The notes beneath the pieces are model-generated. The model made no database searches, had not been told where the DNA came from, and worked only from the letters and a program-made list of their open reading frames with translations. 64,000 nt of DNA from Candidatus Latescibacterota bacterium. GTDB taxonomy: Bacteria; Latescibacterota; UBA2968; UBA8231. Each line of letters begins with the position of its first letter. The stretch's first letter is position 1. The DNA lies in NCBI GenBank assembly GCA_965261395.1, contig OZ253462.1, forward strand, positions 6,080,001 through 6,144,000. Reading direction: 5' to 3'. The translations under genes and the position numbers were made by a program. Below, piece by piece: positions 9,927 to 19,248 of the stretch.

Positions 9927-10928
9927 TTATCCGGCGCGAAACCCCACTTCGACCCCATCCCCTACATCTACAGTGGCTCGCAGCACCCGGGGCCGCACTA
10001 ACTCCGCTGTCTGCGCTACGCCGTTGACCCATATACGGGGAAAGTTGCACCAGGCCGCCGGCACCTCCGCTTCAAAGGTCAGCTCCTTGCAAGCCACGCC
10101 GGCGGGCAGATCGGTGAAAGAAATTTGATACCGCCGCTCATCGACACTGTCGCCAACAACGTCAATGGCGGCATGACGCCGGCTCAGATGATAGAACACG
10201 ACTTCTTCGGGCACGGCGCACCAGACTTCGTCGCCGCCCTCTGCAAGCACCGTCTCCAAGCGCTTGCGCAGCTGGGCTGCGGAGCAATCCTTATTGATGT
10301 GGATGGGCTCTTCGAGCGGGCAGTGGCAGTAGTCGATGACCCAACCGCGGGACTGGCGGGCGGGGAGAATATTGCGGAAGGGATCGTGTTTGCTGAAGAA
10401 AGGAGGGGGGTATTCGTGGATCAAAGGACTGCGGTCGAGCCAATAGCACTCGTCCGCGGGTCGATTTATTCCCTCCCTGATGCTCATCGCGCCCAAATAG
10501 CCGAGTTGGCGGCAGGCCTCGAGAATGTGTGGGGCCATATTGCGGTTGCTGCCGGGGGCACAATACAGCGGCACCGGCGCGTCAATGGCTTGCTCTAAAA
10601 CCTCCTTGGCCACGCGCAGCTCCTGATCGACCATCTCGGGTTTGATAAAGACGTGAGTCCACGAGTGATTGCCGACGCCCCAGCCGCGAGCCATCAGGTC
10701 TTTGAGCTCATCGGCATTCATATGCCGGTAGCCATTGAAGCTCGACCCGTCGACCCGTCGCACTTCCCCCATTTGCCCGACGACCACTTCCAAGTGCCCG
10801 GGAATACCGCATTCTTCGTGATAGGGCACAGCAAAACGATGCAAATCGACTAGGGCCTCGTCGTAGGTAATGGAGTAGACCCAGCGTTTGCCGTATTTCC
10901 AATCGCAAATGCGCAGCGACATAATCAA
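9927..10928 (-). CDS. Polysaccharide deacetylase (NodB/CE4-like) family protein
   Basis: 'SITYDEA' (TFDD-like), 'GWGVGNHSWTH' HxxxH motif; close paralog of 10980-11975. Confidence 0.8.
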   Translation of the reverse strand: MIMSLRICDWKYGKRWVYSITYDEALVDLHRFAVPYHEECGIPGHLEVVVGQMGEVRRVDGSSFNGYRHMNADELKDLMARGWGVGNHSWTHVFIKPEMVDQELRVAKEVLEQAIDAPVPLYCAPGSNRNMAPHILEACRQLGYLGAMSIREGINRPADECYWLDRSPLIHEYPPPFFSKHDPFRNILPARQSRGWVIDYCHCPLEEPIHINKDCSAAQLRKRLETVLAEGGDEVWCAVPEEVVFYHLSRRHAAIDVVGDSVDERRYQISFTDLPAGVACKELTFEAEVPAAWCNFPRIWVNGVAQTAELVRPRVLRATVDVGDGVEVGFRAG

Positions 10929-10955
10929 TCCTTAGCAGCGAACGGTTTTTAGCCA

Positions 10956-10983
10956 GTAGGGGCGACCGGCCGGTCGCCCCTAC
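10956..10983. repeat. Perfect 28-bp palindrome, GTAG-type REP-like element
   Basis: GTAGGGGCGACCGGCCGGTCGCCCCTAC is its own reverse complement; supplies the TAG stop of the upstream minus-strand gene. Confidence 0.8.
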
Positions 10984-11975
10984 GAAGGACGAAACTGCAA
11001 CTCCGTCCCATCCTCCGCCTCCACCGTCGTCCGCAGCAGGCGAGGGCGCACCACAGAGGCCGACCGGGGCACCCCGTTTACCCACACTCGGGGAGAATTG
11101 CACCAGGCCGTCGGCACCTCCACTTCAAAGGTCAACTCCCGGCGCTCAACCCGGACAGGCAACGCCTCATAGCGGATCCGGTATCGTTGTTCACGAGCCG
11201 TTTCGGCCACGGTTTCGACCACGGCGTGCCGTCGGCACAAATGATAGGAAACGACCTCTTCGGGCACTGCGCACCAGACTTGGTCACCGCCCTCTGCGAT
11301 GATCGTCTGCAAACGCAGGCGCAATTGCGCCTGCGAGCAGTCTTTGTTGGGGTGAACGGCCTGTTCCAACGGGCAGTGGCAGTAGTCGATAATCCAACCC
11401 CTAACCTCCTGGGCCAGCAGAATATGGCGGAACGGGTCGTAAGCGCTGTAAAAGGGTTCCTCATAGCGCTCGTGCAACGGCGTGCGATTGAGGTAGTACA
11501 ATTCATCGCTCGCCGCGTTCACCCCATCCGTTATGCTCATGGCACCCAAGTAACCGAGTTGGCGACAGGCGTCCAGCACATAGTCGGACATATTTTCATT
11601 GCCGTTGGGGGCGCAGTACAGCAGCACAGCAGCGCCGATAGCCTGTTCTATAACATCGCGAGACAGGCGGATTTCTTGGTCGACCATATCGGGCCTGATA
11701 AAGTGGTGACTCCAGCCGTGGCTGCCCACGCCCCAGCCGCGGGCGAGCAAATCCTTGAGCTCATCGCCATTCATGTGCCGGTAGCCGTTGAAGCTGGAAG
11801 TGCCGATATTGCGGATTTCGCCGATCTGCTGGGCCACGGCCTCTACGTGTCCGGGAATGCCGAATTCCTCGTGATGGGGAATGGCAAAGCGGTGTAGATC
11901 GGCCAGCGCCTCGTCGTAGGTAATCGAATAGACCCAGTTCTTGCCGTATTTCCAGTCGCAGATGCGCAGGGCCAT
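10980..11975 (-). CDS. Polysaccharide deacetylase (NodB/CE4-like) family protein
   Basis: 'SITYDEA', 'GWGVGSHGWSHH', 'WIIDYCH'; tandem paralog. Confidence 0.8.
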   Translation of the reverse strand: MALRICDWKYGKNWVYSITYDEALADLHRFAIPHHEEFGIPGHVEAVAQQIGEIRNIGTSSFNGYRHMNGDELKDLLARGWGVGSHGWSHHFIRPDMVDQEIRLSRDVIEQAIGAAVLLYCAPNGNENMSDYVLDACRQLGYLGAMSITDGVNAASDELYYLNRTPLHERYEEPFYSAYDPFRHILLAQEVRGWIIDYCHCPLEQAVHPNKDCSQAQLRLRLQTIIAEGGDQVWCAVPEEVVSYHLCRRHAVVETVAETAREQRYRIRYEALPVRVERRELTFEVEVPTAWCNSPRVWVNGVPRSASVVRPRLLRTTVEAEDGTELQFRPS

Positions 11976-11990
11976 AGTTCCGTTGTCTTT

Positions 11991-12797
11991 TTATTTATCT
12001 AGCGTTGCAACGGCGGTCTGGAAATCCGCCCAGGTGGTGGAATAACCTACGGCTATTTCAAAGCGGTGAATGCCATAACGCGTGGCCAGACGCTCGGGAA
12101 AGGTATCGGGCGTTTCCACGCCCACTGTGCCGTCCCGCATGAGAATACAGCGGTAGCCCGCCCGCAGCATGGGGCGGCCCCCCCCCTCTGAGTTGAGAAT
12201 GCACATATCCGCGGCAAAGCCCGTATAGATGAGGGTCTCGACGCCGCGCTCTTGCAGGTATGCGTCGAGCTGGTCGGTGTAAAAGACGAGGGGCTCGTCC
12301 CCCATCGGCGCGACGATTTTAGCCCTTTTCATGCGCGCAGCGGGCGATTTGGCCAGATCGACGCCGGTCGATCTTTTTTCGATGGTTTGGAGTTCGCCGG
12401 TGCGGACGATGGCCCAGCGGTCCGACGGGTGCCGCAGAGAGGCCGCGTAGCGCTGGTTTTCCGGGGTGCGGCGAGAAGGCACCTCGGGGTAGTGCTTGTC
12501 AAAATCCTCGGGCTCGACGTGGCACACCGGCATACCGAGCCGCCGAGCGATATCCATGGCCGGCCGGATCACTTCTTGCATAACGCGCCAGGATTCTTCG
12601 GTGGCCTGAGGCCAGCCCATGCCCGTGACGTAGTTGACGTCGATCTCAGGGCCATCCGGCAGCCCCACATTCCAGCAGTGCAAACCAATGAGCGCCGTGC
12701 GTTCCACTGGCAACTCAAAGACGTCCTCTGCGTAGCCGGCTTTGTCTATGGGCAGGGCGCGGTAATGGCGAGTCTTGAGTTTAAGCGTCTTACTCAT
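11991..12797 (-). CDS. Isochorismatase-like cysteine hydrolase
   Basis: 'ERTALIG', 'GVETLIYTGFAADMCI', 'GYRCILMRDGT'. Confidence 0.75.
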   Translation of the reverse strand: MSKTLKLKTRHYRALPIDKAGYAEDVFELPVERTALIGLHCWNVGLPDGPEIDVNYVTGMGWPQATEESWRVMQEVIRPAMDIARRLGMPVCHVEPEDFDKHYPEVPSRRTPENQRYAASLRHPSDRWAIVRTGELQTIEKRSTGVDLAKSPAARMKRAKIVAPMGDEPLVFYTDQLDAYLQERGVETLIYTGFAADMCILNSEGGGRPMLRAGYRCILMRDGTVGVETPDTFPERLATRYGIHRFEIAVGYSTTWADFQTAVATLDK

Positions 12798-12802
12798 CGG
12801 AC

Positions 12803-14062
12803 CTATCCCACCCGATTTCGGTCCGCCACTTCTTCGACGATGGCCGCGATCATCTCTACGTGTTCATCTTCCCATTTTTCGGAAATCGAGCAGGTGCGGA
12901 CCCAGTTTTCGAGAAAAGCCCAGGCCGTGGGGCAAGTAGCGGAACTGTAGTGGTACACACGCGAGGCCGGCGGCCGCGAAAACGGGTACTTGTTGGCGTC
13001 CACGTATTGCTGGAGAAAGGGGAGGGCGGCGGGCATCAGGTAGTACTTGCCCTGGCCCGCTCCATTTATTCCGGCTTCTAGTACCTGGGCGGCAAACTCC
13101 TCGCCCGTGCATTTGAAGGCCTCTGGGTCGATGCTGAAGCTGGACATCCAGGCGGAATATTTGGTGACGTAGTCGGGAATGGGCAATGGCGTAATGCCGT
13201 CAATAGAGGAGAGCTTCTCTGTGATCAGACGCACGGTGCGGTCGATCTTGGCTACCTGAGCGCGGATGGTCTCCAGTTGACCCAGGCACAGCGCCGCGGT
13301 CATGCGGCTCATATCGTAGGCATGACCAAAGGCCGTGTGGGTGCGGCCGAAGTGGGGCACATCCACCCCGGCGCGGCCCGAACTGAGGAAGCGTACTTTT
13401 TCTGCTAGTTCGTCATCGTCAGTAGCGATGCAACCCCCTTTATCCGAGCTGAAGGTTTTCTCCGAATCCAGCGAGAAGGCCGAGGCCGTCCCCAAGGTGC
13501 CGACGATGCGCCCCTTGTATTCGCTGAATATGGCCTGACAGATGTCCTCGTAGACGATCAGTCCGTGTTTGGCGGCCAATTCGTTGATCGGATCCATATC
13601 GTTGGGCAGGCCACATTTGTGCACCGCCAGAATTGCCCGCGTGCGATCGGTGATGCAAGGTTCTATAGTCGCGGCACTGAAATTGACCGTGCCCGGCGCC
13701 GTATCGGGAAAAACGGGAATATAGTTGTGCATGAGCACGCCGTAGACGGTGCCGTAATCGGTGAGCGGGCTGATGATGACCTCGTCGCCGGGATCGAAGT
13801 CAAAGGCCAGCGATAGGGCGGCCATAGCCGTGGTGCAGGTGGGAGTGGCGATGCAGTGCTTGACGCCTAGTTCCGCGGCGAACGCCTGCTCGAACTTGCC
13901 CACTGAATCGCAGCTTAGCCCCGAATCCAATACCTCCTGGACGTACTTTAGACTATTGAGCCCTATGGTGCGGGGAAAGAGAGGAGGCACGATGCCTTCG
14001 CTGCTGTGGGCGTCGGCCCCGCGCTTGATGGGCTTGTAAGCCAGTGCTGGTTGCTGGGACAT
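12803..14062 (-). CDS. DegT/DnrJ/EryC1/StrS family PLP aminotransferase
   Basis: 'FEQAFAAELGVKHCIA', 'PGDEVI', 'ITDRTRAILAVH', 'EDICQA', PLP-Lys loop 'FSLDSEKTFSSDKGG'; RBS AGGAG. Confidence 0.9.
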   Translation of the reverse strand: MSQQPALAYKPIKRGADAHSSEGIVPPLFPRTIGLNSLKYVQEVLDSGLSCDSVGKFEQAFAAELGVKHCIATPTCTTAMAALSLAFDFDPGDEVIISPLTDYGTVYGVLMHNYIPVFPDTAPGTVNFSAATIEPCITDRTRAILAVHKCGLPNDMDPINELAAKHGLIVYEDICQAIFSEYKGRIVGTLGTASAFSLDSEKTFSSDKGGCIATDDDELAEKVRFLSSGRAGVDVPHFGRTHTAFGHAYDMSRMTAALCLGQLETIRAQVAKIDRTVRLITEKLSSIDGITPLPIPDYVTKYSAWMSSFSIDPEAFKCTGEEFAAQVLEAGINGAGQGKYYLMPAALPFLQQYVDANKYPFSRPPASRVYHYSSATCPTAWAFLENWVRTCSISEKWEDEHVEMIAAIVEEVADRNRVG

Positions 14063-14144
14063 TAGACTCTCCTATGGGGGCTAAACATATATCGATTTGA
14101 ATCGCCGCATTTAAGAGGAACCGCACTTTTTTTGGTCGTTGCGA

Positions 14145-14177
14145 CCCAACCTATCCCTTTTGTCTATCGGGTGTCAA
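14145..14177 (-). promoter_or_regulatory. Putative promoter TTGACA-N18-TAGGTT(GGG) for the DegT operon
   Basis: Perfect -35 hexamer; same architecture recurs at 59390-59422. Confidence 0.55.
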
Positions 14178-14206
14178 GTCTTGCCGATCGCAAGTGCGGC
14201 TCAGCC

Positions 14207-15034
14207 CTATGGCCGTTCGCGCTCAGCTTGCTTTAGATGTTGAAAATCCCGCAATAACCGCTGACCTTCTTCCCGGCGTCCCTGTTTGAGATAAAGCTGA
14301 GCTAGACGGTAGTGGGTGGGAATGTGGCGGGGATCTCTTTTGAGCGCTTGCTGGTAGAGATAAGCGGCCTCTGTTTGCTCTCCCTGCTTCTCCAGCACAG
14401 CGCCTAGACGGCAATAGGGGTCGGCAAATTCGGAATTCACCTGAATAGCCTGCTGGAAATAGCTTCTGGCAGTTGCCAATTCGTTTTCTCGCTCACTGAC
14501 CAGCCCTAGATCATAGTAGATCTTTGCCCGTTTTACTCCCAACTCAAGAGCGCGTCGATAGGCCTTCTTGGCTGCGGCATAATCGCGAAGGTCCATGTAG
14601 GTTTTTCCGAGATGCATGAGGAAAACCCCATTCTCGGGTGCTTGGGCGATGGCCCTTTTGTAGTACGGAATGGCTTCCCCCGATCTTCGCTGCAGCGTAT
14701 AGGCCAAACCGATCTGGTCCAAGGCCCGGGCAAAATCTGGCTTCAGATGCACTGCCTCGCTGAATTCTCCGACCGCTTCTTCATACTGACCATTCTGCAG
14801 GTAGCGACGACCGCGACGATAGTAAATCTCGGCAGCAATCTGCTCCTCTTGTTCGACCTTTAACGGTTGGGGTTTGCCTTCCTTTTGCACGTTGGGTGGC
14901 GGCTCACCAGATAGTGTTTGTCGTTCTTTTTGACCGCAGCCGATCCATCCCCAACTGCCCATAAAAAGAGCTAGGAGCAGCCCCAGCCGACGGTCGCGTC
15001 GCGATACTCTTAGAAGCCGTTGATGATGCGCCAA
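14207..15034 (-). CDS. Tetratricopeptide repeat lipoprotein
   Basis: Hydrophobic stretch ending 'WIGC'; about six TPR units (e.g. 'YYRRGRRYLQNGQYEEAVGEFSEAVHLKPD'). Confidence 0.8.
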   Translation of the reverse strand: MAHHQRLLRVSRRDRRLGLLLALFMGSWGWIGCGQKERQTLSGEPPPNVQKEGKPQPLKVEQEEQIAAEIYYRRGRRYLQNGQYEEAVGEFSEAVHLKPDFARALDQIGLAYTLQRRSGEAIPYYKRAIAQAPENGVFLMHLGKTYMDLRDYAAAKKAYRRALELGVKRAKIYYDLGLVSERENELATARSYFQQAIQVNSEFADPYCRLGAVLEKQGEQTEAAYLYQQALKRDPRHIPTHYRLAQLYLKQGRREEGQRLLRDFQHLKQAERERP

Positions 15035-15223
15035 GGTTTACGCGTCCTTTTCTTTAGAAGCCGTCTTATAGTACCTAGCATTGACCGCTAAAGTTTCCGC
15101 TCCTGATACTCGACAATGTAGCGCAAAAATCTAAAGACTCCGTCGGTCGGCTCAAAAAGTCGCTGCGCTGTTAAAGGGCCGACAGCTTGCACCAGATACC
15201 TCTACAGAGTATCTATATTTCTC

Positions 15224-16777
15224 ATGTGGACATTGCACTGGGTTAAATCGAAGCGGGCCATCTTCGCCCTGATAATCGCTCTGACCACGACCGTTGGTGC
15301 CCAGCCGAGCGCTCCGACCGATACCACTATCGCGGGCCGCAGCTACACCCTGCTTGAGGCCGGGGAATTAATGGATCTCCTAAGCACGGCCAGGGACCAT
15401 AGCCGTCTTGCTTTACGGCAAACAGCCGTAAGGGGTCGCCTCTCCAGCTTAGCGGCTAATCTCGACACCGTGCGGGCGGCGCTGGAATTGACCGATGTGC
15501 TTTTCCTCGACGAAGTTTTGCTGGCCGAGGTTGTTTTTCTCGGTCCGGTGATCTTTTTTCGTACTACCTTTGCCGCGGACCTTTCCCTAGCTGAAGCGCA
15601 ATTCTTGCAATCCTTTGCCCTGCGAGAATGCGAGGTAAGGCAAAAAACCAACCTTAGAGATGCTCGCTTCACCGCCACGGCCGACTTCAGCCAAAGTCAC
15701 CTCGCCGCCGTATTTTCCTGCGCCGGAGCCCACTTCAGCGACGCCACTTTCGCGCGCCTGCGCTGCGGGGGCGGCGCCTATTTTGAGGACGTTCTTTTTG
15801 CCGGCCAAGTCGATTTCAGCGACGCCCGCTTTGCTGGTGTCGCCTCGTTCAAAGCGGCGCGCTGGCGCGCTCCCGTCTCCTTTGCCGGGGCGCGCTTTCT
15901 GGACCGGTCTTTTTTTTGGCAAGCCCAATTCGCCGCCGCCGATTTTTCCAGCGCCCGCTTTGCCGGGGAAACCTCGTTTAAGCAAGCCGCTTTCGCGCAG
16001 CGGGCGGCTTTCGCAAATATCGCTTTCGCCCACTCTGCCCACTTCGAACAAGCCCGTTTTGACGACGGAGCCGTCTTCGACGGCAGCATCTTCGCCAAAG
16101 AAGCGGTCTTTACCGGTGTCCACAGCGACAACGATCTCCTGCTCAATGCCCTTTTTCGCATCAGCCTCGACTTGCGCCACCTAGTCGCCCCCAGCTTGGA
16201 TCTGCGGCCTTCCGCCACCATGCCCGACTCGCTGCTGGGCCCTAAAGCCCAGCTCTTGCTGCAAAACGCGCGTTTCCAGCGCCTGTTCTCCACCTGGGAT
16301 CATTTGCGCGGCCACTTAGCCCAGCCCCCAGAGCAGGCCAACTACGATCTGGATCGCGTCTATGCCGGTCTGCGCCACCAGTTCCTCCTCTCCGGCATGG
16401 CCGCCGATGCCCGCGGCTGTTATATAGAGTCGCTGGATCGCCGTCGCCACCACCTGCCCTGGACCTCTACCGAGCGCTACGCCCTCATCGCCTTTGACCT
16501 GAGTTCGCGCTACGGCACCGACTTGGAGCGCCTAGCCCTAGTCGCTTTGGCCTGGGTGGCGCTCTTTGCCCTGCTATACCGTTGGTTGCTGATAGATGAT
16601 CGTCGGCTGCCCCTAGTGGAGTGCCTGCTTTTTAGCCTGCATACTTTTTTTATTGCGGGCGCGGCATCAGTGCGTCCCCAGGGCAAATTGCGCTTCCTGG
16701 TCCTGTTTCAGGCCCTTTCCGGCTGGCTCTTCTGGGGCCTTTGCACTGCCGTCCTGCTCTCCTTTTTATTGCGCTGA
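15224..16777 (+). CDS. Pentapeptide-repeat protein with C-terminal two-TM ion-channel-like domain
   Basis: Signal peptide; many 'AxFxxAxF' repeats; C-terminal 'SRYGTD'-TM-'FSLHTFF...P.G'-TM. Confidence 0.75.
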   Translation: MWTLHWVKSKRAIFALIIALTTTVGAQPSAPTDTTIAGRSYTLLEAGELMDLLSTARDHSRLALRQTAVRGRLSSLAANLDTVRAALELTDVLFLDEVLLAEVVFLGPVIFFRTTFAADLSLAEAQFLQSFALRECEVRQKTNLRDARFTATADFSQSHLAAVFSCAGAHFSDATFARLRCGGGAYFEDVLFAGQVDFSDARFAGVASFKAARWRAPVSFAGARFLDRSFFWQAQFAAADFSSARFAGETSFKQAAFAQRAAFANIAFAHSAHFEQARFDDGAVFDGSIFAKEAVFTGVHSDNDLLLNALFRISLDLRHLVAPSLDLRPSATMPDSLLGPKAQLLLQNARFQRLFSTWDHLRGHLAQPPEQANYDLDRVYAGLRHQFLLSGMAADARGCYIESLDRRRHHLPWTSTERYALIAFDLSSRYGTDLERLALVALAWVALFALLYRWLLIDDRRLPLVECLLFSLHTFFIAGAASVRPQGKLRFLVLFQALSGWLFWGLCTAVLLSFLLR

Positions 16778-16780
16778 TTC

Positions 16781-18439
16781 ATGTTTCGCTCCGTCTGGGT
16801 CCTTTTCCTGTTCCCATTGCTGGTGGCCTGTAGCCGGGAAGAACCGACGCAGTCCCTGCGCTTTGTCGATGTCGCCCAGACGGCCGGTCTTGACTTTGTA
16901 CACTACAACGGTGCCCAGGGCGACTATTTCTATGTAGAGACTTTTGGCTCGGGAGCTGCTTTCTTGGACTACGATGGCGACGGCTGGCAGGATATCTATT
17001 TGGTCAACTCCACGTATCTCACCGGCCTGGCCCCCCAGCCCCTGCCGACCGATAAACTCTACCGCAACCGGGGCGACGGCCGCTTTGACGCCGCTTCCGG
17101 CAGCGGCGATAGCGGCTACGGCACGGGGGTGGCCGCCGCCGACTGGGACAACGACGGCGACCAGGACTTATACGTGACCCGCTTTGGTCCCAACGCTTTA
17201 TACCGCAACGATGCGGGAAAGTTCACCGACAGCGACAGCGCCAAACGGGCGGGCGTCGACGATGGCCGCTGGGGTGCCAGTTGCGGTTTTCTAGACTACG
17301 ACCTAGACGGTGACCTCGATCTCTTCGTCGCTAACTACGTGGACTTCACTACAGCCAACAACATCGTCTGCAAGCGGGGCGATATCCACACCTACTGCGA
17401 CCCGGACGAATACGGCCCAACGAGCGATCTGCTCTACCGCAACGACGGCCAAAGCCAATTCACCGACATCACCTATGAGGCGGGCATCACATTAGAGGGT
17501 CCTGGTTTGGGCGTGGCCTTTTCTGACTACGACTGGGATGGGGATACCGATATCTACGTGGCCAACGACGGCACGCTAAACTTCCTTTATGAGAACCGCC
17601 AGACCCACTTCGTCGAAACAGGTCTGACGACCGGGGGCCGCTACAACCAGGACGGCCGCGCCGAGGCCGGCATGGGCGTGGACTTTGGCGACTGGGACAA
17701 CGACGGCAATCAGGACCTGTTCGTCACCAATTTCGCCCACGAGACCAATACGCTCTACCACAACGACGGTCAGGGCCAATTCGCCGATATCAGCGCTGGC
17801 GTCGGCCTCTTCGAGCCCAGCTACAATCCCCTCGGTTTCGGCACTAAATTCCTCGACGTCGATCTGGACGGCGACCTCGATTTGTTCGTCGCCAACGGCC
17901 ACGTCCTCGACATCGTGGAACAGATCGACTCTACACTTAGTTATGCCCAGACCAACCAGATTTTGCGCAACGAGACCAACGCCTGGGACGCAGTCTCCAC
18001 CGAGCCAAAGCTCAGAAAATTTGTCGATATTTCCTCCACTTTGGGTCCCAGTTTTGCCACCCCCAACGTCGGCCGCGGCGCAGCTTTGGCCGACTACGAC
18101 AACGACGGCGATCTCGATCTGCTGGTTTGCGCTGTGGCCAGCCCCGCGCGCCTCTTGCGCAATGATGTCGGCAAACAAAACCACTGGCTCCTAGTCGAAT
18201 TAGTCGGCCGCCAGCAGCGCGACGCAATCGGCACCCTAGTCGCCGTCACGGCTGGGGTCCACCGCCAAGTGCGGGAACGCCAGTCCGGCGGCAGCTACCT
18301 TTCCAGCCATGACCACCGCCTGCACTTTGGTTTGGGCGCCGTTGCTAGGGTGGATATGGAGGTGCGCTGGCCCGATGGCACTGTGCAGACGCTGGCTGAT
18401 GTCGCAGCCGATCAGATTTTGCGCCTGGTGCAGCCGTAG
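16781..18439 (+). CDS. CRTAC1-family FG-GAP/VCBS repeat lipoprotein with ASPIC/UnbV domain
   Basis: Lipobox LVAC; repeated D[YW]DxDGDxD motifs; C-terminal 'GGSYLSSHDHRLHFGLG...WPDG'. Confidence 0.9.
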   Translation: MFRSVWVLFLFPLLVACSREEPTQSLRFVDVAQTAGLDFVHYNGAQGDYFYVETFGSGAAFLDYDGDGWQDIYLVNSTYLTGLAPQPLPTDKLYRNRGDGRFDAASGSGDSGYGTGVAAADWDNDGDQDLYVTRFGPNALYRNDAGKFTDSDSAKRAGVDDGRWGASCGFLDYDLDGDLDLFVANYVDFTTANNIVCKRGDIHTYCDPDEYGPTSDLLYRNDGQSQFTDITYEAGITLEGPGLGVAFSDYDWDGDTDIYVANDGTLNFLYENRQTHFVETGLTTGGRYNQDGRAEAGMGVDFGDWDNDGNQDLFVTNFAHETNTLYHNDGQGQFADISAGVGLFEPSYNPLGFGTKFLDVDLDGDLDLFVANGHVLDIVEQIDSTLSYAQTNQILRNETNAWDAVSTEPKLRKFVDISSTLGPSFATPNVGRGAALADYDNDGDLDLLVCAVASPARLLRNDVGKQNHWLLVELVGRQQRDAIGTLVAVTAGVHRQVRERQSGGSYLSSHDHRLHFGLGAVARVDMEVRWPDGTVQTLADVAADQILRLVQP

Positions 18440-18461
18440 GAACTTTCACCGGAGGAACACT

Positions 18462-19238
18462 ATGGGCACACTGAACATCCCCGTCCGCTACTGGGCCATG
18501 CACAGCGGCTCGCCGCAAGAAAATTTGGAGTCCAATGTCCACTACGTGAAACCCGTATGGGATATCGAAACCGCAGAGGCCGCCCTAATTATGGTAGATA
18601 TATGGGGTTCGCACGCCTGGAAGAGCCACATGGATCGGTCCATGGACATTGCGGCGAAAAAAATCGTGCCGCTGGTGGAAGCGGCCCGCACGGCGGGTGT
18701 GACCATCGCCCATGCCCCCGCCCCCTTAGCGGCGAAAAAATATCCGCAGTGGACGCGATTCGCCGCCGCTGCCGACATCGACCCGCCACTAGAGCCGCCC
18801 CCGCCTTGGCCTGCCGAAGATTTTCGCCTGCGCATGGGAGTCTACGAAAAATATGCGCTGGTGTCCCCGCAAAAACCGCCCCATGTCCGGGAGGCGGAAG
18901 ATATCGCCGACTTGGTCGCACCCCAGCCGGAGGATCTGGTCGTCGCCACGGGCAACCAACTCCACAGAGCCTTGAGCTACCGGTGCATCCTCCATCTGTT
19001 CTACGTCGGCTTTGCCACCAACTCCTGTGTTATATTGCGGGACTACGGCATGTACGCCATGCGCCGTTTGGGGTACAATACCGTGCTGCTGCGCGACTGC
19101 ACCACGGCAATTGAAAATAGCCAAACCGTCGCCGATGTGGGCATGACCCGATTTGCCATCATGGACATTGAGCGCAGCAGCGCCAGCGCCACATCCGCTG
19201 ATTTTATCAAAGCCTGTGAAACCAGTCTCGAAGTATAA
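18462..19238 (+). CDS. Isochorismatase-like cysteine hydrolase
   Basis: ATG 18462 after GGAGG; 'AALIMVDIW', 'YVGFATNSCV', 'GYNTVLLRDCTT'. Confidence 0.75.
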   Translation: MGTLNIPVRYWAMHSGSPQENLESNVHYVKPVWDIETAEAALIMVDIWGSHAWKSHMDRSMDIAAKKIVPLVEAARTAGVTIAHAPAPLAAKKYPQWTRFAAAADIDPPLEPPPPWPAEDFRLRMGVYEKYALVSPQKPPHVREAEDIADLVAPQPEDLVVATGNQLHRALSYRCILHLFYVGFATNSCVILRDYGMYAMRRLGYNTVLLRDCTTAIENSQTVADVGMTRFAIMDIERSSASATSADFIKACETSLEV

Positions 19239-19248
19239 GGAGCGAAAT

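Noticed and set aside
15600-16130. Repetitive DNA (gcc/ttt-rich units) that could suggest a CRISPR or tandem array
   Set aside because: Degenerate coding periodicity of pentapeptide repeats, with no identical repeat-spacer structure. The same applies to the FG-GAP, Asp-box and MORN repeats.
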